Shown here: positions 61,900 through 64,000 of the stretch, piece after piece
How the letters are laid out: each line of letters starts with the position of its first letter
Position numbering within the stretch: position 1 is the stretch's first letter
Source of the DNA: Psammoneis japonica
Lineage: Eukaryota
Reading direction: 5' to 3'
Assembly: GCA_008632985.1 (NCBI GenBank)
Contig: QPGO01000202.1
Span: 1-64,000 of the forward strand
Length of the DNA stretch: 64,000 nt
Notes under the pieces: model-generated
Told to the model about the DNA's origin: nothing
The model's input: the letters and a program-made list of their open reading frames with translations, nothing else
The model's database searches: none
Made by a program: the position numbers and the translations under genes

Positions 61900-64000
61900 C
61901 AATGCAAAGCGGCACTTGCAGCATCCCCAAAAAATGATCAGCCACTTTGTCTTGGTTTGCCCCCCACAATCCACAACTCAGTCCACATCAATCACAAAGC
62001 TTCAATGCTGTGAATGACACAACGTCAACACCTTGCTCTGGAACATGACATGAAATAAACGACTGTGAGTGAGACAACGGCAGGCAATGCAGCAACACCT
62101 CCAAAAACATCAAAACATGACACTGCACCACCAGACGCAAAACTGCAACTCAGTGCGCTAACTTTTTTCATCACAATGCCACATGTTGCACACATCAGTC
62201 ACAGGACAGGGACTGTCGGCCGCATTGAACCAATCGTCTTTGAAATGAGCATCGCAGAGACAAACGCCATTTTCACCATTGATGGTTTTTGAGTTCTGAC
62301 CTCATTGTTGGAAAAGCACCAGAAGCTGTGCAGCACTTGATTTTGGGCGGATGGGCCGATGTGCGCATTCGCGCAAAGCAGCCGAGATTTTGAAAGGCAC
62401 AAAGTCCATTGGGTGCTGAGTCGTGGCACTGAGCAAAAGAGAGGCTCACAACCTGAGAGTGCTCCACTGTCCACAGTCTGCACAGCACAGCTCTCTCACA
62501 ATTCGCGTTGATCGTCGGCGACAATCTTCCTTTTTGACAAATCTCAGGTGCTGCAAGACCACTGGTGACACCATGCCAGACAAACTGCCAACCTCCCCAA
62601 ATCAGAAGTCTGCTTCCTTGCTGCATCTGCACTCCTGGAGACATGGGCTTCACTCCCATCCATTGTCAACCCCCCCAACGAGCCACCCCCCATCGCGCAC
62701 GCTCTCGGTGCACCTCTCCCTCTCAACAACATCATTTCCTTCCTTTTGGAAGACCCCTTTGATTGCTGCACACCCACAAGCCATCAACAAATGTCAAGAC
62801 AACACCTGTGTCACAATCACCAATCACCTCAACATCTCTGAACCCTCCAACCATGCGCCAAGCTCCTCTCTGCGCCGAACCCACGCGGCATCATCCCCAT
62901 CTTTTTTGCACACACAACGACCCCCCAATCAAGCACAAACTCCTTTTCTTTGCCACCCCTCTTGTCATTGACATCACAGATGCCACCCTTCACCTTTGCC
63001 CTGGCATGATGCCCAAAGATTTGCTCCATGACCCACCCCCCTGTCACCCCCCTCCCCCCCACTCACACATCCACATCCTTTGCCCAAGCAGACAACAAAC
63101 CATCTTGCGACACTCTCTTGGAAATGGCTCTCTCTTTTCTTGAAGCTTTCTGGCAACCTGCACCCACACCAGCATCCACACCGTCACTGATTGCCCCCCC
63201 CCCCCCCTCACCCCTCTCAAACAACCAAAAAATGCTCTCATCCACATGACTCTGACAACTCAACATGCTTGCCCGACACCACCATGGGCCAAGCCGACAT
63301 TGAAACCACTGCAGACCACACCAAGCCCGCAATTCCAACCCAAATCACTGCAGTTGCAGCCATTGAAGACACAATCTGACATGGACTTTGAACACTCTCA
63401 ACGGGACTGTGAGCTCCTCAATGCATTTGATCAATGGGTCCCTGCACCTCTGCACCTGCACACCTTGATGAATGGAATGAACTGGCCTGTGGTGCCGCCA
63501 AACTAAATCAAGACCCCGCTGCACTCCACCCAACCATCCAGAAATGGAGCCCATTGGCACATGCACCCTGCTGGGGGTTGCCAATTGGTCATGACCCCTT
63601 GAGGGCTGCTCTTTTTGCCTTCCAACTGACACCCCTCCGACCCAAGTTCCCAAGCTTCTGCGTGCACATCTGTCCTCTACACACAAACATTGCAGCTTGT
63701 GATCCATGTGCCTGACTCTTTTTTCCAGCAACCACACAATTTACATCCATGTTGTCACTGTCAACATGCCACCAAGATGTGCCTTTGAGACACCCACCTG
63801 CACACCCGCATTTGCAACACCCACCAACAACCTCGCACAACCACCAACATCCACAACTTGTTGCATCATCCTGCCCATGCCAAGAGCTTTCTGAACAGAC
63901 AGCTTCCCTTCAGTGGCTCAACTCACCAGCCCTTTCACCATCACCTTTCCGCACCTCCATTTGGCACAAATTGCCTCCTTCCTCTTGCCTTCAAGTCACC
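61900..64000. mobile_element. Decayed TA-depleted repeat-derived sequence, family unresolved
   Basis: Almost no TpA, C-rich plus strand, broken frames. Confidence 0.35.

Noticed and set aside
1..64000. Alternative genetic code or selenoprotein-style TGA recoding to explain Tyr-free ORFs with TGA
   Set aside because: Neighbouring host genes use Tyr and TAA/TAG normally. In-frame TGAs in TEs fall at expected Arg (CGA) positions, e.g. WM*AA.

Overview
Eukaryotic DNA, most likely from a diatom: there is an ASAFVP bipartite plastid-targeting motif, 85-90 nt GT-AG introns and a CoDi-like Copia element. Ordinary genes are a Sec14/CRAL-TRIO protein, an RRM protein, a helicase-associated-domain protein, a GNAT, a very-long-chain 3-ketoacyl-CoA reductase, a plastid protein, and two Crinkler-like NTPase/nuclease genes. 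They lie in islands of normal composition (about 32650-35540, 39300-48150, 48750-49870, 58500-60900). The rest is nested, decayed mobile DNA (Copia, Helitron-like Rep, Tc1-like and Plavaka-like remnants, a ~390-bp MITE) in which TpA is almost absent. Copies compared inside the window (gene vs pseudogene, 5' vs 3' LTR, three MITE copies, tandem repeats) show TpA converted to TpG or CpA, i.e. A-to-G on either strand. This is the reverse of fungal RIP. It removes Tyr codons (RT YVDD to CVDD) and TAA/TAG stops. This repeat-targeted TpA hypermutation is the main candidate for an undescribed genome-defence system. Secondary candidates are a decayed cluster of chromatin-related genes (chromo-like plus RING, SET, RanBP2 finger, a K27-less histone H3) and a direct-repeat element carrying a tRNA-like sequence and decayed TTAGGG-like units. 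All calls come from reading motifs by eye; no searches were run.
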